Below, one piece after another: positions 49,261 through 58,558 of a stretch of DNA of 59,621 nucleotides. The notes below the pieces were generated by a model. The model was given only the letters and a program-made list of their open reading frames with translations. It made no database searches and was not told where the DNA came from. A program made the position numbers and the translations under genes. The DNA is from a virus (Duplodnaviria > Caudoviricetes), in IMG/VR virus record IMGVR_UViG_3300042197_002679, positions 1-59,621 of that record; one strand, given 5' to 3'. Each line of letters begins with the position of its first letter. The first letter of the stretch is position 1.

Positions 49261-50301
49261 ATGAAAGTCGCCATTATTACAGACACTCATTATGGTGCTC
49301 GTAAAAATTCAAAACTTTTTCATGATTATTTTAAAAAGTTTTATGATAATGTTTTTTTTCCGACAATAGATGAAAAGGGAATTAAAACAATTGTTCATAT
49401 GGGAGACGCTTTTGATAGTCGTAAAGGTATTGATTTTTCTGCCCTATCTTGGGCTAAAGATAATATTTTTGATCCCATAAAGCAAAGAGGTATCAAGTTA
49501 CATTTAATTGTTGGCAATCATGATAGTTACTATAAAAACACCAACGAAGTAAATGCTGTTGATTTATTGCTTCGTGAATATGACAATGTAACTGTATATT
49601 CTGAACCAATAGAAGTTAAACTTGATAAATTGAATGTTCTTTTTATACCTTGGATTAATCAAGAAAATGAAGAGAATGCTCTCAAGATGATTCAAAAGTC
49701 ATCATCCAAATGTGCGATGGGACACCTTGAACTTCGAGGATTTAGAGTCAATAAACAACTTGTGATGGAACACGGGTTGGAAAGTAAAGTTTTTGATAAA
49801 TTCAAACTTGTTTTCTCAGGACACTATCATACTCGTTCTGATAATGGGACAGTTTTTTATCTAGGAAATCCATATGAAATGTTCTGGAATGATGTAAATG
49901 ATGAAAGGGGATTTCATATTTTTGATACAGAAACTTTAGAAAAAACTGCAATCAATAACCCTTATCGTTTGTTTTATAATATTTACTACGAAGATACAAA
50001 CTACCAAACCTTTAATACAAAAGAATATGAGAACAAAATTGTGAGAGTGATTGTTCGTAAGAAAACTGATATCAAAAAGTTTGAAAAATTTATTGATAAA
50101 TTATATTCTTCTAATATTGCAGAACTCAAAATTATTGAAAACTTTGCAGTTCCAGAACTTGAAGATTTTGAAGCATTTGAATCTGAAGATACTTTATCAA
50201 TTTTGAATAGGTATATTGAAGAAGCAGAAATTAATCTTGATAAATCAATCGTTCAAAAAATGATTCAAGAAATTTATCAAGAAGCTTGTGAGTTAGTATA
50301 A
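49261..50301 (+). CDS. gp47: Recombination endonuclease subunit gp47 (Mre11/SbcD-like)
   Basis: DTH.G, GD.FD, GNHD, GHL, SGHYH metallophosphoesterase motifs. Confidence 0.96.
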   Translation: MKVAIITDTHYGARKNSKLFHDYFKKFYDNVFFPTIDEKGIKTIVHMGDAFDSRKGIDFSALSWAKDNIFDPIKQRGIKLHLIVGNHDSYYKNTNEVNAVDLLLREYDNVTVYSEPIEVKLDKLNVLFIPWINQENEENALKMIQKSSSKCAMGHLELRGFRVNKQLVMEHGLESKVFDKFKLVFSGHYHTRSDNGTVFYLGNPYEMFWNDVNDERGFHIFDTETLEKTAINNPYRLFYNIYYEDTNYQTFNTKEYENKIVRVIVRKKTDIKKFEKFIDKLYSSNIAELKIIENFAVPELEDFEAFESEDTLSILNRYIEEAEINLDKSIVQKMIQEIYQEACELV

Positions 50302-50573
50302 TGTTTATTCTAACGATCGAAGGTAGAGAAAAAGAAGGTGCATATTCAGTAACCGATGATGATGGGGAGCAAATCATTTATTTATTTGAAGAAGAAGATG
50401 ATGCGGTAAGATATGCTATGATGTTGGAGGATGATGGATATCCTGAAATGCATGTGATTGAAATTGAAGACGAGGTTATGATAAAAACTTGTGAAATGCA
50501 CGATTACAAATACACTGTAATTACTGCAAATGATATTGTAATTCCTCCTGAAACTGATTATGATCTTATTTAA
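50301..50573 (+). CDS. Acidic hypothetical protein
   Basis: 90-aa ORF coupled between g47 and g46. Confidence 0.8.
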   Translation: MFILTIEGREKEGAYSVTDDDGEQIIYLFEEEDDAVRYAMMLEDDGYPEMHVIEIEDEVMIKTCEMHDYKYTVITANDIVIPPETDYDLI

Positions 50574-52272
50574 AACAATACGGTGGAAGAATTTTCTTTC
50601 AACTGGTAATCAATACACCGAAATTGATTTCACTGAAAATTCTACGAATTTAATTATTGGTACAAATGGTGCCGGAAAAAGTACAGTACTTGATGCTCTT
50701 ACTTTTTCCTTGTTTGGAAAACCTTTTCGTAAAATCAATAAACCTCAACTTGTTAATACAGTAAATGAAAAGGATTGTAAAGTTGAAGTTGAGTTTTCTG
50801 TTGGTGCAACCGAATGGAAAGTTGTAAGAGGAATTAAGCCTGCTATTTTTGAAATCTGGAGAAATGGTGCTGTCCTGGATCAATCTGCAGCAGCACTAGA
50901 TCAACAAAAATGGTTGGAGCAAAATGTTCTTAAGATGAACTATAAGTCATTTACGCAGATTGTAATTCTAGGTTCAAGTACTTTTGTTCCTTTTATGCAA
51001 CTTCCTGCTGCTCATCGTCGTGAGGTGATTGAGGATTTGCTTGATATTAAAATATTTTCCTCTATGAATGTTTTGATCAAAGAGAAAATTCGTTTGCTTC
51101 GGGAAGATATTAAAATTCTGGAACTTAAGAAAGAATCTCTTATTGATAAAGTTAATATGCAACAAAACTTTATTGAAGAACTTGAAAATCGTGGAAAAGA
51201 TAATATTAAAACAAATAAACAAAAAATTTCAAATCTGGATGAAGAAATTGAGCAATATGTAAATCAAAATAGTTCCTTAGAAAAACCTCTTCGTGAGTAT
51301 ATTAAAGAGCAAGATGAGATTACTGGTTATGCAGAGAAACTTCGTAAGTTAGTAAATCTTAAAGGTAAGATATCGCAAAAAGTTTCTACAATTAGTGAAG
51401 AACATAAGTTTTTTACTGAAAATACGGTATGCCCTACTTGCACTCAGGAGATTGATGATGCCTTTAGAATAAATAAAATTAACGACGCTCAAAATAAGGC
51501 AAAGGAGTTGCAATCTGGTTATCAAGAACTAGAGGAGGCAATTAAAGAAGAGGAAAGGCGAGAGCGTCAATTCACATCATTATCAAAGGAAATTAAAAAA
51601 CTCACAGATGAGATTTCTCAAAACAACATTAAAATTTCTGGGTGTAGAAGACAAATCAAAGACTTTGAATCTCAAATTCAAAGAATTACCGAACAACTTG
51701 AAAACCGAAATACTGAGCACGAAAAGTTAGAATCTTTTAAAGATAATTTAAAAATTACATATGATGATCTTGTTTCTAAAAAAGATTTAATTAACTATTA
51801 TGATTTTACTTATAGTTTGCTTAAAGACAGTGGAGTAAAATCTAAGATTATCAAAAAGTATCTTCCGTTGATCAATCAACAAGTGAATCGTTATTTGCAG
51901 ATGATGGACTTCTATATTAACTTCACACTTGATGATGAATTTAACGAAACTGTCCAGTCGCCTATTCACGAAGATTTTTCTTATGCTTCTTTCAGTGAAG
52001 GTGAAAAAATGAGAATCGACTTATCACTTCTTTTTACCTGGAGAGAAGTTGCAAGAATGAAAAATTCTGTGAATACAAATCTTCTTATTATGGATGAGGT
52101 TTTTGACAGTTCGCTTGATGGATTTGGAACAGAAGAGTTTCTTAAGATTATTCGTTATGTAATTAAAGATGCTAATATATTTGTCATCTCTCATAAAACA
52201 GGATTAGAGGACAAATTTGAAAGTGTCATAAAGTTTGAGAAAGTTAAAGGTTTTTCACGTATGGTGTCCTGA
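50560..52272 (+). CDS. gp46: Recombination ATPase gp46 (Rad50/SbcC-like)
   Basis: GTNGAGKS, CPTC hook, FSEGE signature, LIMDEVFD. Confidence 0.97.
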   Translation: MILFKTIRWKNFLSTGNQYTEIDFTENSTNLIIGTNGAGKSTVLDALTFSLFGKPFRKINKPQLVNTVNEKDCKVEVEFSVGATEWKVVRGIKPAIFEIWRNGAVLDQSAAALDQQKWLEQNVLKMNYKSFTQIVILGSSTFVPFMQLPAAHRREVIEDLLDIKIFSSMNVLIKEKIRLLREDIKILELKKESLIDKVNMQQNFIEELENRGKDNIKTNKQKISNLDEEIEQYVNQNSSLEKPLREYIKEQDEITGYAEKLRKLVNLKGKISQKVSTISEEHKFFTENTVCPTCTQEIDDAFRINKINDAQNKAKELQSGYQELEEAIKEEERRERQFTSLSKEIKKLTDEISQNNIKISGCRRQIKDFESQIQRITEQLENRNTEHEKLESFKDNLKITYDDLVSKKDLINYYDFTYSLLKDSGVKSKIIKKYLPLINQQVNRYLQMMDFYINFTLDDEFNETVQSPIHEDFSYASFSEGEKMRIDLSLLFTWREVARMKNSVNTNLLIMDEVFDSSLDGFGTEEFLKIIRYVIKDANIFVISHKTGLEDKFESVIKFEKVKGFSRMVS

Positions 52273-52286
52273 TACACCAAAGAACA

Positions 52287-52508
52287 ATGAACACTCCAAA
52301 TTGGCAGCATCATTCCAAGAAGGAACAAAAACGAAAACTTAAACCGCAAGCACTAAGGCAAGCGAAAGCACGACTTGCCCAATTCAAAAAGCGTCACATG
52401 GGTCGTCCAAAGGGCGACCTTTCGTCGTATTATGGGTTCATACGAAACGAAACAAATGCCTGTCCGTCACGAAATCAAATCTCAACTTGCCAAACTGCTT
52501 GCCACTGA
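52287..52508 (+). CDS. Small basic protein (NWQHHSKKEQKRKLKPQALRQAK...)
   Basis: ORF track; the C-terminal part overlaps the next gene's promoter and start, so the end is uncertain. Confidence 0.55.
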   Translation: MNTPNWQHHSKKEQKRKLKPQALRQAKARLAQFKKRHMGRPKGDLSSYYGFIRNETNACPSRNQISTCQTACH

Positions 52509-54633
52509 AGATTTGGTGGTGGAGCATAAGAAAGTTTCTACTGCCTGTTTTAATGTTCATACTCGTGTATTGACTCTTCCTTTGTGGGAAAAGGCAAGTA
52601 ATACTGTTTATGATTTGCTTGTTGGGCACGAAGTTGGACACGCGATTTTTACTCCAGATGAGGACTGGACTCAATCTGCAAAAATTCCTCCTCAATTTGT
52701 AAATGTAGTTGAGGATGCTCGTATTGAAAAATTGATGAAACGTAAGTATATGGGACTTGCAAAAACCTTCTTCAACGGATATAAAGAATTGAACGATCAA
52801 GATTTCTTTCAGTTGAATGATGAAAATCTGTCTAAATTCAATCTTGCCGATCGTGCAAATTTGTGGTTTAAAGTTGGTAACTATATTGATGTTCCTATCC
52901 AGAGGGGTAAAGAGACTGAAATTATAAACCTAATTGCTGATACTGAAACTTTTGCTGATGTTTTGGTTGCTGCAGAAGAACTTTATAAGTATTGTAAGGA
53001 AGAAAAGGAACAACAGCAAAAAGTTCCTGACTTTGATTCTCATGATCAACAAGGTGATTCTCAATCTTCTACTAATCAACCAGTAGAAACCGATGACTCC
53101 TCTCCAGAAGAAGAAGGTGAGAGTGATAAGTCACAACCAAATCCCGATAAATCTTATGGTGGCACTGCTCAAGGTAATGAGGTTCAAAATACTGTCAATG
53201 ATGAAAAAGAACCTGAAATTCTTACTGCAGATTCTTTAGAGAATAAACTTCGTGATTTGATCAATCACGATGGATATGAAAACGTTTATGTTGAGATTCC
53301 TCAAGTCAATCTTGAGACTGTAATTGGTAAAAATGCAGATGTTCATAAGGATATTGATTCTACTTTTAATCATCAGCAAGAAAAAAATAATCAACTTTGC
53401 GATGAAAGAGATTGGGATCGTGTAGATCTTTTTAAATATGCAGATGAGGACTATAAAAAGTTTAAACTATCTGCTCAAAAGGAAGTCAACTATCTGGTGA
53501 AGGAGTTTGAGTGCCGTAAGGCAGCAGATTCTTATGCTCGCGCTACTACTGCTCGCACAGGTGTTCTTGATACATCTCGTCTTCATTCTTACAAATATAC
53601 AGAAGATTTGTTTAAAAAAGTTTCTGTGATTCCTGATGGGAAAAATCACGGGTTGGTTTTCATTTTGGATTGGAGTGGATCTATGTCTCACGTTCTTCAA
53701 GATACTTGTAAGCAACTTTTTAATCTTGTTTGGTTCTGTAAAAAAGTTGCGATTCCTTTTGAAGTTTATGCTTTTACAAATGAATGGCGTCGTGGTGAAT
53801 ATGATTACGAAACTCAAACTTATAGTCCAGCTGATCGAACTTCTCATTATGAAGCAAAGGAAGGATTGATTCAGGTTGAAGAATCATTTGCTTTAATGAA
53901 TCTTCTTACCAGTAAAGTTTCTGGTAAAGAGTTGGAACATCAAATGCTTAATGTTTGGCGTCTTGCCGTTTGTTTCGGTGATTCTTATCGTGCTCAATAC
54001 ACATATTCAAATCGTTTGGCTCTTTCTGGAACTCCTTTGAATGAAGCATTGATGAGTCTTCATCAAATTCTTCCTAAGTTTCAAAAAGAAAATAAACTTC
54101 AAAAAGTTCAATGCATTGTGCTGACTGATGGTGAGGCAAATTATCCTCCTTATCACGTAGAAATCAAACGTGGATCTGATTCTTACATTGGCACTCGTGG
54201 TATTAATCCAGATAAAACTTTTCTTCGAGATCGTAAACTTGGCATCACCTACAAGTTTGATTATGGGTATCATCAATTTACTGAGGCTCTTCTTCGTAAC
54301 CTGAAAGATAAGTTTTCTTCAGTAAACTTTATTGGTATTCGTGTTCTTGAAGGACGAAATGCAAATCGTTTCATCGGTCTTTATCACAATCAAAGTGATA
54401 AGCAATATGAAGTGATTCAAAATGATTGGAAGAAATTGAAAAGTTTTACCATCACCAACTCTGGATATGATGCTTATTTTGGACTTTCTTCTTCTGCACT
54501 TTCTCAAGATGCAGAGTTTGATGTTGCTGATGATGCTACTAAATCACAAATCAAATCTGCTTTTGTTAAATCTCTAAAAACTAAAAAATTGAATAAAAAA
54601 GTTCTTGGGGAGTTTATTTCTCTTGTTGTCTAA
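52456..54633 (+). CDS. Metallopeptidase-like + vWA domain protein (CobT-like partner of CobS)
   Basis: HEVGH (HExxH), EDARIE, acidic linker, MIDAS motifs DWSGS, SGTP and LTDG. Confidence 0.85.
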   Translation: MPVRHEIKSQLAKLLATEDLVVEHKKVSTACFNVHTRVLTLPLWEKASNTVYDLLVGHEVGHAIFTPDEDWTQSAKIPPQFVNVVEDARIEKLMKRKYMGLAKTFFNGYKELNDQDFFQLNDENLSKFNLADRANLWFKVGNYIDVPIQRGKETEIINLIADTETFADVLVAAEELYKYCKEEKEQQQKVPDFDSHDQQGDSQSSTNQPVETDDSSPEEEGESDKSQPNPDKSYGGTAQGNEVQNTVNDEKEPEILTADSLENKLRDLINHDGYENVYVEIPQVNLETVIGKNADVHKDIDSTFNHQQEKNNQLCDERDWDRVDLFKYADEDYKKFKLSAQKEVNYLVKEFECRKAADSYARATTARTGVLDTSRLHSYKYTEDLFKKVSVIPDGKNHGLVFILDWSGSMSHVLQDTCKQLFNLVWFCKKVAIPFEVYAFTNEWRRGEYDYETQTYSPADRTSHYEAKEGLIQVEESFALMNLLTSKVSGKELEHQMLNVWRLAVCFGDSYRAQYTYSNRLALSGTPLNEALMSLHQILPKFQKENKLQKVQCIVLTDGEANYPPYHVEIKRGSDSYIGTRGINPDKTFLRDRKLGITYKFDYGYHQFTEALLRNLKDKFSSVNFIGIRVLEGRNANRFIGLYHNQSDKQYEVIQNDWKKLKSFTITNSGYDAYFGLSSSALSQDAEFDVADDATKSQIKSAFVKSLKTKKLNKKVLGEFISLVV

Positions 54634-54656
54634 ATACCTAAAAAGTATCTGCTTAT

Positions 54657-55484
54657 ATGAAAACCTACAGAGAGTTTATTGCTGAATCTGGTGACTGGTG
54701 GCATCCCGATCCAGTAAAAGATAAACTTATGCCCGGTAGAGGACCTAAACTTCGCGCTCGTCAAGATCGTGAACCAAAACCAGATTATAGTAATAAACTA
54801 AAACCAGGTGAAACATATATGCAGTTTGCGAAACGCAAAACTAGAGGTGAATCTGTTGAGTATGTTGATGAATTATTTGTAACAAAAAAGTCTTCAGAAG
54901 ATCAAAAAAAGAAAAAAGTTGCAGAACTTATTCGTTTAATGAAAGCTGCAAAAGATCCACTTTCGGATGCTCCAGCTAGACGTAAAAAGATAAACGCAAA
55001 TGAAGAATATATTGATGAAACTTCTCTTACTCGTGTAATGAGTAAGTCTAAGAAAGGTGGAATGGCAATTATGTCTGCTCAAAGAGGAGATAAATCAAAA
55101 GCAGAAAATAAAGCACGTTCAAAACAACTTGAAAAGGATGTAAGAGGTGCTGGTCTTCCTGGACCAACTAAAGTTGCTGGCAGATATACTGAAAATCCAG
55201 GAACTCCTCAGGAGAAAAAAGTAGGAGAGAAATCTCACATTATCACTCCTGGCAAAAAAGGTAAAAGAAAGTTTAAAAAGGCAATTGAAAAACTTGGTAA
55301 AAAGTATGATCAAGACTCGGTATTACTTCAACGTAAAGCGGGTGGAAGTTCTACTCTCAAAGGAACTTCAAAGACATCTTGGCCAGGTAAAGGAAAGAAT
55401 GTTAAAATAGGTAGTATGAAACCAGGTAGAACTGGTGAGTTTGATACCAAAGTTAAGAACAAAACATTTACAGTTGAGGATTAA
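54657..55484 (+). CDS. Putative internal head protein with T4-type capsid targeting sequence
   Basis: Starts MKTYREFIAE; Lys-rich modules; CTAAATA late motif at 54630. Confidence 0.8.
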   Translation: MKTYREFIAESGDWWHPDPVKDKLMPGRGPKLRARQDREPKPDYSNKLKPGETYMQFAKRKTRGESVEYVDELFVTKKSSEDQKKKKVAELIRLMKAAKDPLSDAPARRKKINANEEYIDETSLTRVMSKSKKGGMAIMSAQRGDKSKAENKARSKQLEKDVRGAGLPGPTKVAGRYTENPGTPQEKKVGEKSHIITPGKKGKRKFKKAIEKLGKKYDQDSVLLQRKAGGSSTLKGTSKTSWPGKGKNVKIGSMKPGRTGEFDTKVKNKTFTVED

Positions 55485-55485
55485 A

Positions 55486-55671
55486 ATGAAATCCAAATTC
55501 CCACTTGAACACGTAGTTAAGTGTGATACCAAAGAAGTTTGGGTAAAATGTGATAGTGCTATCACTGCTATGGGTATTTCTGCTATGGTAGAAAAATATT
55601 ATCCTGGATATAAGGGACATATTGGTAGCAAAGATTATCTTGAAAAACTCAAGAACCAGTTGGCAAACTGA
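55486..55671 (+). CDS. 61-aa hypothetical protein
   Basis: GAGG SD; ATG 1 nt after the upstream stop. Confidence 0.75.
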   Translation: MKSKFPLEHVVKCDTKEVWVKCDSAITAMGISAMVEKYYPGYKGHIGSKDYLEKLKNQLAN

Positions 55672-55710
55672 CCACGGGGGGTCTTGGTGACCCCTTTTTT
55701 GTTTTATAAT
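55656..55710 (+). promoter_or_regulatory. Inverted repeat CAGTT-N4-AACTG, GC hairpin/terminator and TATAAT upstream of cobS
   Basis: CCAGTT 55656-61, AACTG 55666-70, GGGGTC/GACCCC stem with T-run, TATAAT 55705-10. Confidence 0.65.
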
Positions 55711-55738
55711 GACTTCAGTTGAAACAAACAACCTGATT

Positions 55739-56839
55739 ATGCCTCGCACTCAAATGACCGACGATCAAATCCTTAACGATCTTAAAAACACCTTTGGCAC
55801 TGAGTTCATTGCTGCCGATGTTCGTGGGTATTGTGCTTCTAAAAATGTTTCGTATCAAACTGTAACGAAGCGTCTTGAACCATTTAAAGTTGGTCGTGGA
55901 AAGTGGAATCTTGAAGTTACTCAACAAAAAGTTGAAGAAATCGAACGTACTTTTCAAGCTCCTGCTGTGATTCCTCCTGTAGAACAAACACTCATTCCTG
56001 AAAAAGATGATACCTTTGTCAAGTTTGGTAACTTTAATGATATTAAAAAAATTATTCAGTCCCGTCTTTTTTATCCAACGTTTATTACGGGTCTTTCGGG
56101 TAATGGTAAAACGTTCAGTGTTGAGCAAGCGTGTGCTCAACTTGGTCGTGAACTGATTCGTGTTAACATTACGATTGAGACTGATGAGGATGACCTGATT
56201 GGCGGTTTTCGTCTGGTAAATGGTGAAACTGCCTGGCATAATGGTCCAGTGATTGAAGCACTGGAACGTGGTGCAATTCTCCTTTTGGATGAGATTGACC
56301 TTGCTTCTAATAAAATCTTGTGTCTTCAGTCTGTCCTTGAAGGTAAAGGTGTCTTCCTGAAAAAGATTGGTCGTTTCGTGAAACCTGCCGCTGGATTCAA
56401 CGTGGTTGCCACTGCAAACACCAAAGGTAAGGGTTCGGACGACGGTCGATTTATCGGCACCAATGTGCTCAACGAAGCATTCCTTGAAAGGTTTCCTGTA
56501 ACCTTTGAACAATCCTATCCTGCTCCTTCTGTTGAACAAAAGATTCTTGAAGGTATTGCTCTGGATCTTGGTGTGGAAGATCGTGACTTCTGCAAGCGAT
56601 TGGTTGATTGGGCAGACATCATCCGCAAAACCTTCTATGATGGTGGTATTGAGGAAATTATCAGCACCCGACGCCTGGTTCACATTATCCGTGCTTATAG
56701 TATCTTTAACGATAAGACAAAGGCAATTCAAGTGTGTGTGAATCGATTTGACGATGAAACCAAGCAGGCATTCCTTGAACTTTATGATAAGGTTGATGCT
56801 GATTTTCAACTTCCTGTTGACGATCAGCAAGCAAACTGA
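55739..56839 (+). CDS. cobS: MoxR-type AAA+ ATPase (phage 'CobS')
   Basis: GLSGNGKT, LLLDEID, ATANT.G.G, LNEAFLERF, ISTRRL. Confidence 0.92.
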   Translation: MPRTQMTDDQILNDLKNTFGTEFIAADVRGYCASKNVSYQTVTKRLEPFKVGRGKWNLEVTQQKVEEIERTFQAPAVIPPVEQTLIPEKDDTFVKFGNFNDIKKIIQSRLFYPTFITGLSGNGKTFSVEQACAQLGRELIRVNITIETDEDDLIGGFRLVNGETAWHNGPVIEALERGAILLLDEIDLASNKILCLQSVLEGKGVFLKKIGRFVKPAAGFNVVATANTKGKGSDDGRFIGTNVLNEAFLERFPVTFEQSYPAPSVEQKILEGIALDLGVEDRDFCKRLVDWADIIRKTFYDGGIEEIISTRRLVHIIRAYSIFNDKTKAIQVCVNRFDDETKQAFLELYDKVDADFQLPVDDQQAN

Positions 56840-56845
56840 TATAAT
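56817..56845 (+). promoter_or_regulatory. Sigma70-type promoter TTGACG-17-TATAAT (TGn)
   Basis: -35 at 56817-22; -10 at 56840-45. Confidence 0.7.
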
Positions 56846-56884
56846 ACTGGGAGGTAAATGTGCCTCATCTTTTTGTTTTTTACT

Positions 56885-57397
56885 ATGAAATCTATGTCCG
56901 AAAACTTTGAAAGCACTTATGAAAGTACAATTCCCAATCAAGACTTTTGGGAAAATGATGGTATTAGTTTGACTGGAAATCCTTATTATTCTCCAGACAC
57001 AATTACTTTTACCAGTTCTCATCTTCCTGGAGGACTGGGAGAAGACCATATTTCATTCAATTCTTCTTCTACCTTTAACTTTAATGTAACAGATAACAAT
57101 TTCTGGAAGTTTGGTGAAAATAAAACTCTGAAAGCAGTTGAAGATTATATCAAGAGCACTTATAATTCTCATTATGCTTCTGAGAATTCAAAAGTTCAAG
57201 TTCTTGATATTATTGATGCAATTGGTGATGGTGTTCCTTTCTGTCGGGATAATCTTATCAAATACTCTTCTCGTTTTGGCAAAAAAGATGGAATGTCTAA
57301 ACTTGATGCATTAAAGATTATTCATTACGGTATTCTTCTTTATCAATTTGCTGGATTTAATAATGAAACTGCGAAATCAAACTATGAAACTTTCTGA
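56885..57397 (+). CDS. DUF3310-like protein with a Ser/Thr/Phe-rich N-terminal extension
   Basis: HY, FC..N.IKY..R.GKK and D..K..HY pattern. Confidence 0.75.
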   Translation: MKSMSENFESTYESTIPNQDFWENDGISLTGNPYYSPDTITFTSSHLPGGLGEDHISFNSSSTFNFNVTDNNFWKFGENKTLKAVEDYIKSTYNSHYASENSKVQVLDIIDAIGDGVPFCRDNLIKYSSRFGKKDGMSKLDALKIIHYGILLYQFAGFNNETAKSNYETF

Positions 57398-58049
57398 TAA
57401 GACTCTCTCTGTTCTTAAAAACTTTTCTTCGATTAATCAATCGATTCTTTTCAAGCAGGGAAATAAACTTCGCACAATCAGCGTGATGAAGAACATTCTT
57501 GCAGAAGCAACAATCACGGAAGAGTTTTCTAAAGACTTTGGTATCTATGATTTGAACCAATTTCTTAACGGATTGAATCTACACAAAACACCAGAACTGG
57601 ATTTTGGTAATGATGGATATGTGGTCATCAAAGAAGGAAAGTCCCGTTCTAAGTATTTCTTTGCTGATCCTAACGTCATTATTACTCCTCCTGACAAAGC
57701 AATCAATCTTCCTAGTGAAGATGTTTGTTTTGAGTTGAGCACTGAGCAACTGGACAAACTTCTTAAAGCTGCTGCTGTATATCAACTTCCCGATGTCTCT
57801 GCCGTTGGTGAAGCAGGTGTTGTGAAACTGGTTGTTCGTGATAAAAAGAACGACACATCAAATGACTTTTCGATTATTGTTGGGGAAACGAACTCTGAGT
57901 TTGTTTTTAACTTCAAGGTAGAAAATATTAAGATTCTTCCTGGAACATATGAAGTCGTTGTGTCACAAAAACTTTTGTCACGATTCACTTCTAAGAATCA
58001 CGATCTCTGTTATTATATTGCTCTGGAGCCTGATTCAACATTTGAATGA
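57363..58049 (+). CDS. gp45: DNA polymerase sliding clamp gp45 (start could be 57384)
   Basis: MKLSDKTLSVLKNFSSINQSI, FGIYDLNQFL, YYIALE.DS. Confidence 0.95.
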   Translation: MKLRNQTMKLSDKTLSVLKNFSSINQSILFKQGNKLRTISVMKNILAEATITEEFSKDFGIYDLNQFLNGLNLHKTPELDFGNDGYVVIKEGKSRSKYFFADPNVIITPPDKAINLPSEDVCFELSTEQLDKLLKAAAVYQLPDVSAVGEAGVVKLVVRDKKNDTSNDFSIIVGETNSEFVFNFKVENIKILPGTYEVVVSQKLLSRFTSKNHDLCYYIALEPDSTFE

Positions 58050-58555
58050 ATATCTTCGTCACAAATCAATTTCCTGCTGAAAGTGCTATTTGTCTTCCCG
58101 ATAAGCACATAGTTAAAATGCCACTTGAATGTTGTCAGATGTTATCCATTGTGGCATCCAAGTGGTATCACAACTATGGTCCAGTTCATAAAGCAGATGG
58201 CAATCCTTATGCAACTGAAAAAGGTGCTTTTCGTAATCATCCTTGTACTCAGTGGGCAGCAAAAACAATCGATAATGCTTATTGGTTGATTAAGTGGGGA
58301 ATGAATCTTTGTGATGAATATTCCGTCCGTTACGGTAAGACTCATTCGTGCTATAATACTCTTTTGGAAGCATATTACTTGTTTCCAAAAGGAAAATTGA
58401 CAAATGTAACTCCATTTGCTCGTGCTATGCCCGATGAATTGAAATATGATAATACTATTGATACATTTGAGGCATACAAAAGATACATCGCATCCAAACC
58501 CTGGGTTGCATCCAATTATCTTCGTATGCCAGAACGCAAACCTTCTTGGGTCTAA
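58046..58555 (+). CDS. Pyrimidine-dimer glycosylase/DenV-like superfamily protein
   Basis: MNIF, DKHIVKMPLE..QMLS, HPCT.W, EY..RYGK.H, AMPD motifs. Confidence 0.7.
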   Translation: MNIFVTNQFPAESAICLPDKHIVKMPLECCQMLSIVASKWYHNYGPVHKADGNPYATEKGAFRNHPCTQWAAKTIDNAYWLIKWGMNLCDEYSVRYGKTHSCYNTLLEAYYLFPKGKLTNVTPFARAMPDELKYDNTIDTFEAYKRYIASKPWVASNYLRMPERKPSWV

Positions 58556-58558
58556 ATT

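Noticed and set aside
34582-52272. Introns or inteins in gp17, gp20, gp23, UvsW or gp46
   Set aside because: The ORFs are uninterrupted and of normal length, with no intein terminal motifs noticed.
52375-52455. N-terminal extension of the vWA protein given in the ORF track
   Set aside because: It spans a hairpin and -10 box; the ATG at 52456 is the more plausible start.
55715-57049. 444-aa minus-strand ORF
   Set aside because: It is mostly the antisense shadow of cobS, has no recognisable motifs, and is explained by codon bias.
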